Origin: an uncultured candidate division Zixibacteria bacterium
GTDB taxonomy: Bacteria > Zixibacteria > MSB-5A5 > UBA10806
Reading direction: 5' to 3'
DNA length: 64,000 bases
NCBI GenBank assembly: GCA_963817915.1
Contig: CAWFQL010000003.1
Coordinates: 104,129 to 168,128, forward strand
Below the pieces are notes generated by a model. That model did no database searches, had not been told where the DNA came from, and saw nothing but the letters and a program-made list of their open reading frames with translations. The position numbers and the translations under genes are program-made. Of the stretch, positions 1-9,875 are shown piece after piece; position 1 is the first letter of the stretch; every line of letters begins with the position of its first letter.

Positions 1-2157
1 GACATTTAATTCGATTGTCTCGCCAGGCGCGGCTAAATGATCGCCGTCTCCGTGAGAAAAGCCGTCGGTATCATCATCGATATAAATGGAGTCCAATCCT
101 ACTGCCAGATCGGATGTCGCTATTTCCACATTGGTTTGGTAAGGAATAAGATTTTGTCCGGAAACGGTAAGCTTCATTGAGCCGGGAGTATTGGCGTCAA
201 ATATTAGCGTGACATTTCCCGATTCATCGGTTTTATCGACACTGAATACTTCTTCGGTTGTCCCAATAGTTTTGATCAATGTCACATATGCGCCTGAAAT
301 CGCGTTGCCCGCTGAATCTATCACTGAAGCATTAAAGCTGTTTGTTCCCAGTGCCACAGTATCGAGATGTGTAACGTTTATGCTTATTGGAATTTTAGTG
401 CGTAATTCAAGTTCAGGATCGCCCAGCATATTATATGTATTGAAATATTGTTGTATCATTCCTCCCGGGGCGGTCTGTCTTGGGAATGTCCAGTAATCCT
501 GAAGCTTTCCTCTCACTGCCGCGGCGGCAAAATGATAGACATTCTCTTCAAATATCCCGAAGAAATAGCCGACCATAATGGGGTTATTCCATCTGGTATG
601 GGTGTCGTGATCGGAAACCCCATAAAACGCCGGTCCGCCTTTCAAGCTATCAGGACTACGTCCCATTCTAATCCAGGTCTCGCCAAAACATTCACCGCCG
701 AAATCACCGGTGCCGCAAGTCAATGGAGACAGAACGCCAAGTTTTTGATTGTCCTGTAAATTGAGCAAATCGTAACTCGTCATCGATGGGCCGGCCCAGC
801 CGTCAGTTCCTCCAGCCCCGCGATATTGAATAAAACCGATTCCAGCGTTGAAAAGAGAAGGCAGCCTCCAGCCGGAATCGAATACGGTGTCAACTCGGAC
901 AAAACCATGCCTGAGCTGAAGCTGACGGACCCAGAGAGTAGTCAATCTTGACGATTCATAATACACATAAGCCACCGAGAGCCCTCTGATCCAATGCTCC
1001 GGATCGCGCATGAGCGGATACTTTTCATACTTGAGAATCTTTGAAAGTGCCACTCTGGCCTGGGACATAGAGTCTACCGACATGCGAGCGATAAAGATAT
1101 CCGGGATATAATCCGAACCATCTACGCACGCGTATTTATTATCGGACGCGTAAATGTTGCTTCCGACAATATAGGGATAATCCGGCACGACAAACATATG
1201 ATCGCGATCACCGACTATCATAACATACTCCGGAGGAATCTCCCAGGAAGCGTAAGCTGTGTCAAGAAAGGCCTTTATCTGTTCCTTACTTGGAGACCCG
1301 GTTGGTCTAATTTCGGTTGTAGGAACAATTCTGACCGGATACCCCTTTTGATGCTTCCATTGAGCCACTGCTTTTACAGTATCAACCAGTGTCGGTCTGC
1401 ATATTATAACGTATCCCCCGCGCTTAACTTCAACATTATCCATTGCCTGGTCGAAATTGGCGAACATAGCCTTATAAATTGGATAAAATCCCTCGGATAG
1501 ATATCTATGATGGACTGTCTTGGGATTGATTACTTCGCCATCATAGCTGATATCAACAGAAATGTCCCGGTATACGCGCAATACCTTTTGAACAGGATTA
1601 TACTGCGCCGGATAGAGTGCAATCCGCACAAAACGAACATCGCGCATAATCTGCGGATCGGAAGCCTCCGCAAGATTGCCGGGATAAAACGCATCTCTTG
1701 CGTAAGTCTGCAGGTCAATTGTGAATGGTACGGCTGACGCACCGGGAGTTTCCGAAGGGGATGGCTGAACCGGGGCAAGTTCGATATTCGGCAAATCATC
1801 ATAACCGGAATATGTGACTGTCAATCTTACTCCTGCCTGGTCGGGGATGATTATGTTGGCTGTCAACGCTGGAAGATCGGGCTTACCATCTTCAGCCAAT
1901 TCGCTTGGCGTAATAAATTCGCCAACCGGCAGGTCAAGTTTCTTATAATTGCTGCCGCCAAGAGAAATATCGTTTAGTGCCACAGCCGGCAAATTCAAAT
2001 TCAACGAGGTTTTGGAACCCAAGTTCCTCACCTCTAATTTCGACGATTCCGCCGAAATATCTGATAGAACGCGGATGTTTTGAGAGGATAATGACTGCGA
2101 AATCATTAAAAACAGCAGAAACACAGTCAAGATGCACGCTTTAGCCTTGATACTCAT
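1..2157 (-). CDS. Gingipain-like C25 family cysteine peptidase with propeptide (3' end runs off the window)
   Basis: Missing from the ORF track because there is no stop in the window. My translation: GGAGGT RBS at 2161-2166, ATG at 2157, signal peptide MSIKAKACILTVFLLFLMISQSLS, propeptide motifs GKPDLP and QYNPVQKVLRVY, catalytic-domain motifs WKHQKG, YVMIVGD, DYIPDIFIARMS, LTCGTGDF, YNMLGDPEL. Frame stays open to base 1. Confidence 0.9.
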   Translation of the reverse strand, partial: MSIKAKACILTVFLLFLMISQSLSSQNIRVLSDISAESSKLEVRNLGSKTSLNLNLPAVALNDISLGGSNYKKLDLPVGEFITPSELAEDGKPDLPALTANIIIPDQAGVRLTVTYSGYDDLPNIELAPVQPSPSETPGASAVPFTIDLQTYARDAFYPGNLAEASDPQIMRDVRFVRIALYPAQYNPVQKVLRVYRDISVDISYDGEVINPKTVHHRYLSEGFYPIYKAMFANFDQAMDNVEVKRGGYVIICRPTLVDTVKAVAQWKHQKGYPVRIVPTTEIRPTGSPSKEQIKAFLDTAYASWEIPPEYVMIVGDRDHMFVVPDYPYIVGSNIYASDNKYACVDGSDYIPDIFIARMSVDSMSQARVALSKILKYEKYPLMRDPEHWIRGLSVAYVYYESSRLTTLWVRQLQLRHGFVRVDTVFDSGWRLPSLFNAGIGFIQYRGAGGTDGWAGPSMTSYDLLNLQDNQKLGVLSPLTCGTGDFGGECFGETWIRMGRSPDSLKGGPAFYGVSDHDTHTRWNNPIMVGYFFGIFEENVYHFAAAAVRGKLQDYWTFPRQTAPGGMIQQYFNTYNMLGDPELELRTKIPISINVTHLDTVALGTNSFNASVIDSAGNAISGAYVTLIKTIGTTEEVFSVDKTDESGNVTLIFDANTPGSMKLTVSGQNLIPYQTNVEIATSDLAVGLDSIYIDDDTDGFSHGDGDHLAAPGETIELNV

Positions 2158-2477
2158 TTGACCTCCACTAAGCCTTAAAAAAATAAACATAAACATATCC
2201 CATAATTTTAGGCGAGAATATCCCCCCAGCGATTTCTCGTTTACCAATGGATTAAACAACTTAATCCGCTTGGCTCGTTCCACTAATATAATCGATAATT
2301 TTTTACTTAGTAAATTATGTCATTGAAATTTTGATTTAAATTGGGAAATTCTCAAAATTTGCAACCCCATTTTTGAGACTATTATTGAGTGGGCCGCCCA
2401 CGTTAACCTGATGAATATTTTGCGGTTATGGAAATTATTGGCGGTTCATTTAATGCGGTGATAATTATACGAAATAG

Positions 2478-2502
2478 AAATGGGGCGAATAATGTTCGCC
2501 CC
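2478..2502 (-). terminator. Probable intrinsic terminator of the LVIVD gene
   Basis: Stem GGGGCGAA/TTCGCCCC followed by a short T-rich tail on the minus strand. Confidence 0.55.
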
Positions 2503-2530
2503 GAATTACTCCGACTATTGAAAAATCAGA

Positions 2531-3775
2531 CTATCTTATATATCGAAATATCGCGACTTCGCTTGTGGCTGCCACAAATAAATATGGCCAATGAGATCGC
2601 ACATCTCTGACATTTGTGCCAACAGTCTGAGTTTGAATTAATCTCAGGCTATCCGGCAAAGTGTAGACAAATGAGTAAATTTTTCCCGATTCCGAGCCGG
2701 CAAACAATGTCGAATCGCCAACATCAACAGTGTTGAATATTTCTCCGTTTACGAAGCGATCCAGAAAACGAGGTGTTGTTGGATGCGATATAGAAAGTGC
2801 CAATACCCCCCCGGTGCCGTCCGCGATAAACGCGAAACTATCGACCACGGCAACGCCCTTCGCGAGACTCAATCCGGAATAAGTGCATAGTATCTGGGCT
2901 GATGTAGGGCTGGTACAATCGACAATATAAAAATTGCTGTTACCCACAATAAATGCCGTATCGTGGCGGGCGACGACTTTATTCAGGAGATCTGACGTGA
3001 ATGCAAGATAGGCAATTGATCTCAAAGTATCGGGATCGCTTCTATTTACTATCGAAAAACCATCGTTTTCCGCTATGAATAAATAATGGCCGGATACGGC
3101 AACATCGTTGGCGAATGTCTGAGTGACATATCGCCCTTTACTTATCAGCGTATCGCCATTGCTCGCATCAAGTCTTAATACTCCCTGACCCTTATCCGCG
3201 ATAAACAATTCGAATCCATTTACATCCGCTCTCAGAGCGCTGCCCGGCGTATCGTAACGGCCCAAAAATGACGGCGAACCAAGATAGCGTATATCATAGG
3301 TCATGACCCCGGCATCACCATCAGTCAAAAACAGAAGTCCTCCATATTCGGCCACGCCGCGCGCGTCCGCGGGACTAATAGTCACAGAGGAAAGCTTGGT
3401 GAATAAATGTGAGTATGATAGACTGACATTGATTATCTGTGAATTATAAGTCGAATCAGCCGTATGACCGACAGCCAAAAGAATATGATTCGTACCAGAT
3501 GAATGTTGATAGATATTCCAGAAATAATAGTATGGGGCAATTGAATCGCTCGCGACAGAATCGCCGTCGATAAAGAAATCGACTCGTCTCATCGTATAGC
3601 CCGAACCCACCGCGGCAGTTATATACACGGGGTCCGCTAAAACAGAATTATTCGCCGGCGAAGTTATCGAAATTGCCAATTGTTCTCCCGGGGCAGTTGT
3701 CTTGTTCTTGCAGGAGAGCAAAATCGGGATAACGGCCAAGGATAATATGGAAATTATGAGAATGTTCTTTTTCAT
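2531..3775 (-). CDS. Lipoprotein with Ig-like domain and LVIVD-repeat beta-propeller
   Basis: Lipobox LLSC; Ig-like segment ITSPANNS...VDFFIDG; repeats such as VAVSGHYLFIAE, VAVVDSFAFIADGTGGV, FYIVDCTSPTS. Confidence 0.8.
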   Translation of the reverse strand: MKKNILIISILSLAVIPILLSCKNKTTAPGEQLAISITSPANNSVLADPVYITAAVGSGYTMRRVDFFIDGDSVASDSIAPYYYFWNIYQHSSGTNHILLAVGHTADSTYNSQIINVSLSYSHLFTKLSSVTISPADARGVAEYGGLLFLTDGDAGVMTYDIRYLGSPSFLGRYDTPGSALRADVNGFELFIADKGQGVLRLDASNGDTLISKGRYVTQTFANDVAVSGHYLFIAENDGFSIVNRSDPDTLRSIAYLAFTSDLLNKVVARHDTAFIVGNSNFYIVDCTSPTSAQILCTYSGLSLAKGVAVVDSFAFIADGTGGVLALSISHPTTPRFLDRFVNGEIFNTVDVGDSTLFAGSESGKIYSFVYTLPDSLRLIQTQTVGTNVRDVRSHWPYLFVAATSEVAIFRYIR

Positions 3776-3814
3776 CTATCTACCCCTATTATTATCGGAA
3801 TAATTTTATGATAT

Positions 3815-5245
3815 TCAATCTCTCTTTTTGCCGTTATCAGCGAAAACCACTGCGTTTTCAGGGGCAGATTCTCTTGCCCTATGATAAACAATGGCCAGGA
3901 ATATTATAGGTACCAGCTCACCATCTATAACGCCATCCATTATTATGGTTCCAACTTCAAAGATTGATCTAAATATTAGCGCTATCAAGGTGGCCGCGAT
4001 TCCCAAAATTACCAAATCTCGTGGATTCCTTTTAAGCAATGGGGACAATTTTAGAGATCTTCGTCCGAATGCCAGCAAGAATCCGAGGGCGCAGGCGGCT
4101 GCGATGAAGCCCTTTTCGGCAAAATTGGTAAGTATATAATTATGAGCGCCCCCTCCGCCAATTTGCAATGAGACTCCCCGGGCAAACGAGGGAGGGATGA
4201 AATAAAATGTTAAATCGTTGAATCGCCTTGCCCCCACGCCAAAAATCGGAGCCTCCTTTATCATTTCTATAGCTGCAACCCATAGGGAGGTCCGATTGGA
4301 AGTACCTTGTTGAATCCGGAATAGCCACTGAAACGTCGGTACGGTCATAATTATTATTGCAAATATCATTATAATGGCCATTAGCAGGAAAATCATTTTT
4401 TTTCTCGCTGGATGAAACCACAATACAACGGCGAGACCTACAGCAAGTCCGATTATACTGGAGCGGGATAATGATGAGAAAAAAGCGGGCAATAAAACAA
4501 TTAATATTATTCCGGAAAGAGTTTTAATCCATTTTTCCCGAGACAAAAATATAAAAGCAAAATAGATTGGAAGCGACAACAAAATATTATAGCCAACACT
4601 ATTGGCATTTCCGAATATTGTATAAACTCTATTCGTAAAAACAGTGCCGCTCGAAACATATTTGCCAAATCCATACCTTAAGAGAAAATCATATGCTGAA
4701 ATTGCATTGGCCAATGAAAATAAGGACAATATTATTATAAAAGGCCAAAACATTTTCTTATTGCCGAATTGGTCAAAAACAATAATTGAAACTGCGAACA
4801 GGAATAAATATCGCACAAATTGCTTTAATGCCGCTGAACTTGGCCCCACGTACGCAATTGATAAAAACGACCAAATTATAAAGACGACAAATAGCACTAA
4901 TATTTCTTTAGGGTAAGATATCTTATATAAATCCTTATTTAGCCAGCCGAAGAACCAGATGATAATAACAATGGAGGAAAGTCCGTAAATAATAAATGAA
5001 GACAATGGAGCCCTGACGACAAAACTCGTAATAGCAACTAAAATATAAGCCTGAAAACCGAAAGTGAAATTCCATAATAGACAGAAAATAACAATTGATC
5101 CCAGCAAACCTGCAAAAGCATAAATCGGATTTGAAATGGCAAAAATTGCAGCTAAAGCGTTTATTATGAAAAATGTGGCAAAGAGCTGATTTTTCCTCTC
5201 CTGAAATACTTCCGGGAATATTGTTTGCCTTAGATCAATATTCAT
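3815..5245 (-). CDS. O-antigen ligase / Wzy_C family membrane protein
   Basis: About 12 TM segments; FGNAN, SLSRSS, R..LW..A..MI...PIFGVG and AHNYIL motifs. Confidence 0.85.
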   Translation of the reverse strand: MNIDLRQTIFPEVFQERKNQLFATFFIINALAAIFAISNPIYAFAGLLGSIVIFCLLWNFTFGFQAYILVAITSFVVRAPLSSFIIYGLSSIVIIIWFFGWLNKDLYKISYPKEILVLFVVFIIWSFLSIAYVGPSSAALKQFVRYLFLFAVSIIVFDQFGNKKMFWPFIIILSLFSLANAISAYDFLLRYGFGKYVSSGTVFTNRVYTIFGNANSVGYNILLSLPIYFAFIFLSREKWIKTLSGIILIVLLPAFFSSLSRSSIIGLAVGLAVVLWFHPARKKMIFLLMAIIMIFAIIIMTVPTFQWLFRIQQGTSNRTSLWVAAIEMIKEAPIFGVGARRFNDLTFYFIPPSFARGVSLQIGGGGAHNYILTNFAEKGFIAAACALGFLLAFGRRSLKLSPLLKRNPRDLVILGIAATLIALIFRSIFEVGTIIMDGVIDGELVPIIFLAIVYHRARESAPENAVVFADNGKKRD

Positions 5246-5284
5246 TAACGTAATTTCCGAATTCTCATATTATATCTCATCCGT

Positions 5285-5746
5285 CTATTTGCTCTGATGC
5301 TGCCAGCAGCGGTCGGAGGCCGGCTCGGCCCATCTCCTGCAACGGGTACCGCCTTGGGTTATCGCCACGCACCTTCGACGTGCTACCTTGCTTTTCAATG
5401 TATCCGTCGCTATTTGCGAGGGAGAACCGCTGCTCAAACGATAAAGCTGAAATACAATGAGCGAATCGGATTTATCAAGCAACTGTTTTTGAGATATAAA
5501 GAATGTACGGCCATTGGAACGAGCCTTAAAGAAAAGCTCCCCATCAAATACATACACCGAGTCGCCCTTATTCAAATACATCGTATCAGCATTGCCCGAC
5601 ACTGAATCAGCATTGGCTGCTAAAGCTATTACGGGAATAGCGCCTAAAGTATCAATCCGGCTAACCGTATCTGATGGCGGACCCTGCGCGAACGATAAAC
5701 CGACAATGATCACTATGAAAAAGAAAATATCTCTTACTAATCTCAT
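5285..5746 (-). CDS. Secreted hypothetical protein with C-terminal Cys/His (DUF5763-like) motif
   Basis: Signal peptide from MRLVRDIFFF; C-terminus RCVAITQGGTRCRR...RCWQH. Confidence 0.6.
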   Translation of the reverse strand: MRLVRDIFFFIVIIVGLSFAQGPPSDTVSRIDTLGAIPVIALAANADSVSGNADTMYLNKGDSVYVFDGELFFKARSNGRTFFISQKQLLDKSDSLIVFQLYRLSSGSPSQIATDTLKSKVARRRCVAITQGGTRCRRWAEPASDRCWQHQSK

Positions 5747-5911
5747 TCTGCTATTAAAATATAAATTGGAAGCCGAAATACCAATAGTTTTCTTGAGTCT
5801 AATGAATAATTGGAATCGGCCAATATTTTGATTGACCGCGGGCAAGGATGTCATTTATTTGAATTTTAACAATATCAACGCCGATTTCATCAAGGCAGCG
5901 AAAGGATAACC

Positions 5912-6427
5912 ATGATCAATTATAAAATAATCGCAACTCCGATAGGTGATATGATTGCGGCCGAACATAATGGAAAACTCTGTCGGCTCGATTTCTCCGA
6001 TAATGAAAATATTTTATCGCATTTAAAAGCGATCGAATTAACTTTCGGGGATTCAGTTGCCATGTCGGATTCCACTATCCTGAATGAGACATCAAATCAA
6101 TTAAAACTGTATTTTGAGAAAAAGCTTGAATCATTTGATCTGCCCTTATTTTGGACAGGCACCGATTTTCAAAAATCGGTATGGCCACAATTGACCAAAA
6201 TTCCTTACGGAACGACTGTCAATTATGGATTAATCGCCGAAAGAATCGGCAAGCCTAAATCATCGCGCGCCGTAGGCATGGCCAATCACAATAATCCGAT
6301 TCCGATTGTTGTGCCCTGCCACAGGGTAATTGGCAAAAATGGCGCTCTGGTCGGCTATGGCGGCGGCCTGTGGCGAAAAAAATGGCTCCTCGAACACGAG
6401 GGAGCCATTTCAAGTCATTTGCTCTGA
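5912..6427 (+). CDS. ogt: Methylated-DNA--protein-cysteine S-methyltransferase
   Basis: GTDFQKSVW, IPYG, RAVG, active site PCHRV, GYGGGL.RK..LL. Confidence 0.95.
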   Translation: MINYKIIATPIGDMIAAEHNGKLCRLDFSDNENILSHLKAIELTFGDSVAMSDSTILNETSNQLKLYFEKKLESFDLPLFWTGTDFQKSVWPQLTKIPYGTTVNYGLIAERIGKPKSSRAVGMANHNNPIPIVVPCHRVIGKNGALVGYGGGLWRKKWLLEHEGAISSHLL

Positions 6428-6440
6428 TATTTTTTAATCG

Positions 6441-7337
6441 CTAAACTACACCATAAACCTGGGGCGGTGTAAGCATATCCGGAAATTTCGCTATTAGAGA
6501 TTTTCGCACCTCGTAGCACAAATGACAGGCATCGACAAATCCCGATGAAGTATCAAAATTAAATTCCTTTGCCAACTTGTAAGGTCCGCCCTTGATTAAT
6601 AGGCCTACAATAGGATCTGATTCGGGCTTATATTTTTCAAATATTTCCTTTAATGGAAATTTGTAAATATTTCCTATTACCAATCCCTGGCAAATATGGA
6701 TATTTCCAAATGGGTCGAGATGCACCCTACCCGGTTTTATCAAATCCTCCTCGGGACATTCGATAAATTTCGATGCTGCCTGCCTGGGGTAATCTTTAGC
6801 CAATTTATCTACCGCCCTGCCCTTAAAAAGCGGCTTGCCGCCGATAAGAGCGCCGTCTTTATCTTTCCTCGTTTCGATATTTATAGGCGCGTCATCAATT
6901 GAAATATAACTGCAGGTGATATCCAAGCTCTTCGCCGCTTTAAACGCTATCTCTGCTAGATTGGTTTTTTTGCTGTCAAAATGGTATAGATCGTTGGAAA
7001 TAGAAATATCCTCGATGCCGAGTTCTTTCAATGGCCTCAGCCAAAGCTCCGCGTCTTTTACCGAAGTCGCCCAATAAGAATTGCTGACAATACCAACTCG
7101 AAGTCCCATTTCACGGGCTAATTTTATCGATTGAAGCATTAACGGGTAATACATGAACGGCTCCCCGCCCTCGAAATACACACTGTCAATTGACCTGATT
7201 TCCTTAATTTGCATTAGCGCGAATTCCATATTTTCAAGAGTGAAAACCCCATCGGAGAACGGCCCGCAATATAGAAAGCAATGATCGCATTCGAAGGTGC
7301 ATTGATATGTCAGGAGAAAATGGATGCTATTTAGCAT
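6441..7337 (-). CDS. Radical SAM protein
   Basis: CTFECDHC (CxxxCxxC), GGEP motif, extra C-terminal Cys residues (CPEE, HICQ, CHLC). Confidence 0.9.
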   Translation of the reverse strand: MLNSIHFLLTYQCTFECDHCFLYCGPFSDGVFTLENMEFALMQIKEIRSIDSVYFEGGEPFMYYPLMLQSIKLAREMGLRVGIVSNSYWATSVKDAELWLRPLKELGIEDISISNDLYHFDSKKTNLAEIAFKAAKSLDITCSYISIDDAPINIETRKDKDGALIGGKPLFKGRAVDKLAKDYPRQAASKFIECPEEDLIKPGRVHLDPFGNIHICQGLVIGNIYKFPLKEIFEKYKPESDPIVGLLIKGGPYKLAKEFNFDTSSGFVDACHLCYEVRKSLIAKFPDMLTPPQVYGVV

Positions 7338-7480
7338 TGTATCCTCGTTATTATTAAATCAATGATCATGATAAGCGCAATATTTATTGTTAATTAACTG
7401 CCGGGAAATTCGCTTATCCGGGCAATTATAATTGAATATTCCATCATTTCTGTGGTAATATCAATTGGAGGATAAATTCT

Positions 7481-7891
7481 ATGTCTAACGGAGGCGCAAT
7501 TGCCGCGTCGACCGCGGCCGGGATTGCCGCTGAACTGATGCGGCAAGAGGAGGAAGAAATGACCGCTTATGATAAAGATGATCTTGATGGATGGGAATTT
7601 AAGATAATCCGTTCCAATACCGGTAAATTCAAAAAAAGTGAAGCGATCAAAACACTGTGTCAGGAAGAATCAAAGGCCGGGTGGGAGATGGTCGAAAAAT
7701 TCGACGATAACCGTATCCGTTTCAAACGGCGAATCGAGAATCGCAACCGCGACGCGCAATCGCAGATTGATCCTTATCGCACTCGCGTCGGAATTGGCGA
7801 TGCCAAGCTGGCATTTGTAATCATCGCGTCTATTGCCGCGGCTGTTGGAATTGTGGCGCTCTTAGCTGTTACCCTCGGCAATAAAAACTAA
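7481..7891 (+). CDS. Hypothetical membrane-anchored protein (DUF4177-like)
   Basis: GGAGG RBS; WEFKII...GWEMV pattern; one C-terminal TM helix. Confidence 0.7.
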   Translation: MSNGGAIAASTAAGIAAELMRQEEEEMTAYDKDDLDGWEFKIIRSNTGKFKKSEAIKTLCQEESKAGWEMVEKFDDNRIRFKRRIENRNRDAQSQIDPYRTRVGIGDAKLAFVIIASIAAAVGIVALLAVTLGNKN

Positions 7892-7915
7892 GACGACAAA
7901 TTCATCCCAATAAAT

Positions 7916-7945
7916 AAAAAAAAGAGGCCGAAAAGTTCGGCCTCT
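7916..7945 (-). terminator. Intrinsic terminator of the cytochrome gene, between convergent genes
   Basis: Stem AGAGGCCGAA/TTCGGCCTCT followed by a T run on the minus strand. Confidence 0.8.
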
Positions 7946-7972
7946 CATTCTATCTATCTAATAAATCAATAT

Positions 7973-9091
7973 CTACTGTGCGGTGTTGACAACATTATCA
8001 TGGCATTGACGGCATCCGGCTGTTCTCATTTCCTCTGAGTTGTCCGCTGGATTCCATCTCATACCAAATGCGTTGGTGGAGCCGTGCGCCTGATGGCACG
8101 AGAGGCAAAAGACCTCGTTATTATAAGCTACCTGGGATGCTGCATTGAAATCATGCGCTTCCCTGACCAGGAATGGCATACGTCCAACTGAAAATTCCGA
8201 GCCCTGACCATTATACCAATTTGTACTATCGGCTGTGTAAACCGGATCGCCGGGTAAGCCGCTAATCGGGCGATATGCGCCATATTCGGTATTCGAGACT
8301 GGATGGCGGTTCCAATGGAAATCGAGATCGGGGTTTGTATATCGTCCACCATTTGTACCAGCATCCAATAATGTGTGATGGCAATCGATACAGATATTGG
8401 TTACCTCACGCCAGGTTGGTTCGCCACCTGCATCGCCGGGCTCGCCGTACTTTACATTATCCTGCTGATATTTCTGAAGGCCTGTCGCGCCGGGATTCAC
8501 AAATGCGACAATCGGAGGCTCGCCGCCGGGCCATGATGCCCATTGCAGATTGCGATAATAACCGGTGCCGTGAGGAGCATGACAATCAACGCAATCAACA
8601 GTTGCGGTCCTGAATTCTCCTCCAAAATGACATCTCAGACAAAGGTCGCCTGGAGCAGTCCCAATATTATGGCCATTGTCGTTGATAGCGCCGGGATCGC
8701 CGAATTGTCCCGCGGCCCGAAGGGTGCCGCCGTTGACATCGGAGCCCACAACGTCAGGGACATTAACTTTGTCTTGATGACAATTAAGACACAATGCCAA
8801 CGCGCTCGTGGCTTTCAAAAGCTTGTTTGTCGGCGGTTCCATGACAAATGGATAAGTGAAGGGGTCCTGATAGCCATAATTATGCTGCATCGAGCCATGC
8901 ATGACATGGCAATCGGAACAGACCAGGTCGGCGCCATTATGATAGCCGGGCGAAAATGGCGGCGTATCGAGAAGCATCCCGGGATTATGTCCGCCGCTTC
9001 CGGGTCTATGAATATCAATACCGTCCATCGGTCCGCCCGCCAACGCTACGGCGCTGACCAGGAAGAAAACAACTGTGATGAGTTTACCCAT
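7973..9091 (-). CDS. Periplasmic multiheme cytochrome c (7 CxxCH)
   Basis: Signal peptide MGKLITVVFFLVSAVALA after AAGGAAGG; heme motifs CSDCH, CLNCH, CLRCH, CVDCH, CIDCH, CLSCH, CRQCH; CxxCHxxHG doubled-CXXCH pattern. Confidence 0.9.
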   Translation of the reverse strand: MGKLITVVFFLVSAVALAGGPMDGIDIHRPGSGGHNPGMLLDTPPFSPGYHNGADLVCSDCHVMHGSMQHNYGYQDPFTYPFVMEPPTNKLLKATSALALCLNCHQDKVNVPDVVGSDVNGGTLRAAGQFGDPGAINDNGHNIGTAPGDLCLRCHFGGEFRTATVDCVDCHAPHGTGYYRNLQWASWPGGEPPIVAFVNPGATGLQKYQQDNVKYGEPGDAGGEPTWREVTNICIDCHHTLLDAGTNGGRYTNPDLDFHWNRHPVSNTEYGAYRPISGLPGDPVYTADSTNWYNGQGSEFSVGRMPFLVREAHDFNAASQVAYNNEVFCLSCHQAHGSTNAFGMRWNPADNSEEMRTAGCRQCHDNVVNTAQ

Positions 9092-9229
9092 ACCCATACC
9101 TTCCTTATCCGGAAATTTATTGGAAAAGAAATCCTTATTCTTCAACCAATTAATTATCATTATCTTTTCCCCATCAAATACATGCTATCAAAAAAGCCGC
9201 AATATCCTAAGCTTGCCCTTTTGCCCCGT

Positions 9230-9247
9230 TAGTGAATTTGTTCACAA
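9230..9247. promoter_or_regulatory. Putative Rex operator
   Basis: TAGTGAA-TTTG-TTCACAA, one mismatch from TTGTGAA-N4-TTCACAA, about 140 nt upstream of the cytochrome start. Confidence 0.65.
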
Positions 9248-9292
9248 ACTACGTCTTAAATAAACGGGGAAGACCCCTTTATTATCGGTAAT

Positions 9293-9320
9293 AATTTACC
9301 GCCAATTTAATCCATGTCAA
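9293..9320 (-). promoter_or_regulatory. Putative sigma70 promoter of the cytochrome gene
   Basis: TTGACA-16 nt-TAAATT on the minus strand, upstream of the Rex box. Confidence 0.45.
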
Positions 9321-9504
9321 GTATTATTCTTAATGCTAACCGTTATTTTTGTGATAAGTAAAAATGGGCAAGGGACGCGCTATTCGGCAGAAGCTCTTAT
9401 TAGCTGCAGCTATTCACAACTGACCCTTATGGCTGGATTATTTGAAGACAGTCGATGACGCTTCCCGCCCAATTAAGCGGTTGTTTTGATAATCAGGAAT
9501 ATTT

Positions 9505-9866
9505 CTAATTAACAGACAGGCATTTGAAAACCTGTTCGCTGGTGCCATCCTCAAATGATATTTTCCCTTCCATAATCGTCTTGATGCTATCCACCGAAAT
9601 CATTTCAGGGTTGTAGCTAAAGATGGCCTTATGCTCAGTCGCGAAAGTCTCAATACCATAAATACCCGGAATGCTATCGTATAATGATGAAAAGAAGGTT
9701 GCTGTGCCTTTGCATTTGAGCCCTTCAACCACAAATATGGTTTTGGCCCCGGCCTTCGCGTCAAATGTCTTATTAGTTGTAGGCTGAACAAATGCGGTTT
9801 GAGATGATACCCGCCGACTAAAGCGGAAATTACGAAAATCGGTATTATTATTTTTGGAATTTCCAT
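9505..9866 (-). CDS. Membrane-anchored HMA-like (heavy-metal-associated fold) protein, one apparent frameshift near 9800
   Basis: N-terminal TM segment MEIPKIIIPIFVISALVGGY (ORF 9600..9866) joins TAFVQPTT...VEGLKCKGTA...AIFSYNPEMIS (tail of ORF 9505..10410) if one A is added to an A run. Confidence 0.7.
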
Positions 9867-9875
9867 ATCTACTCC

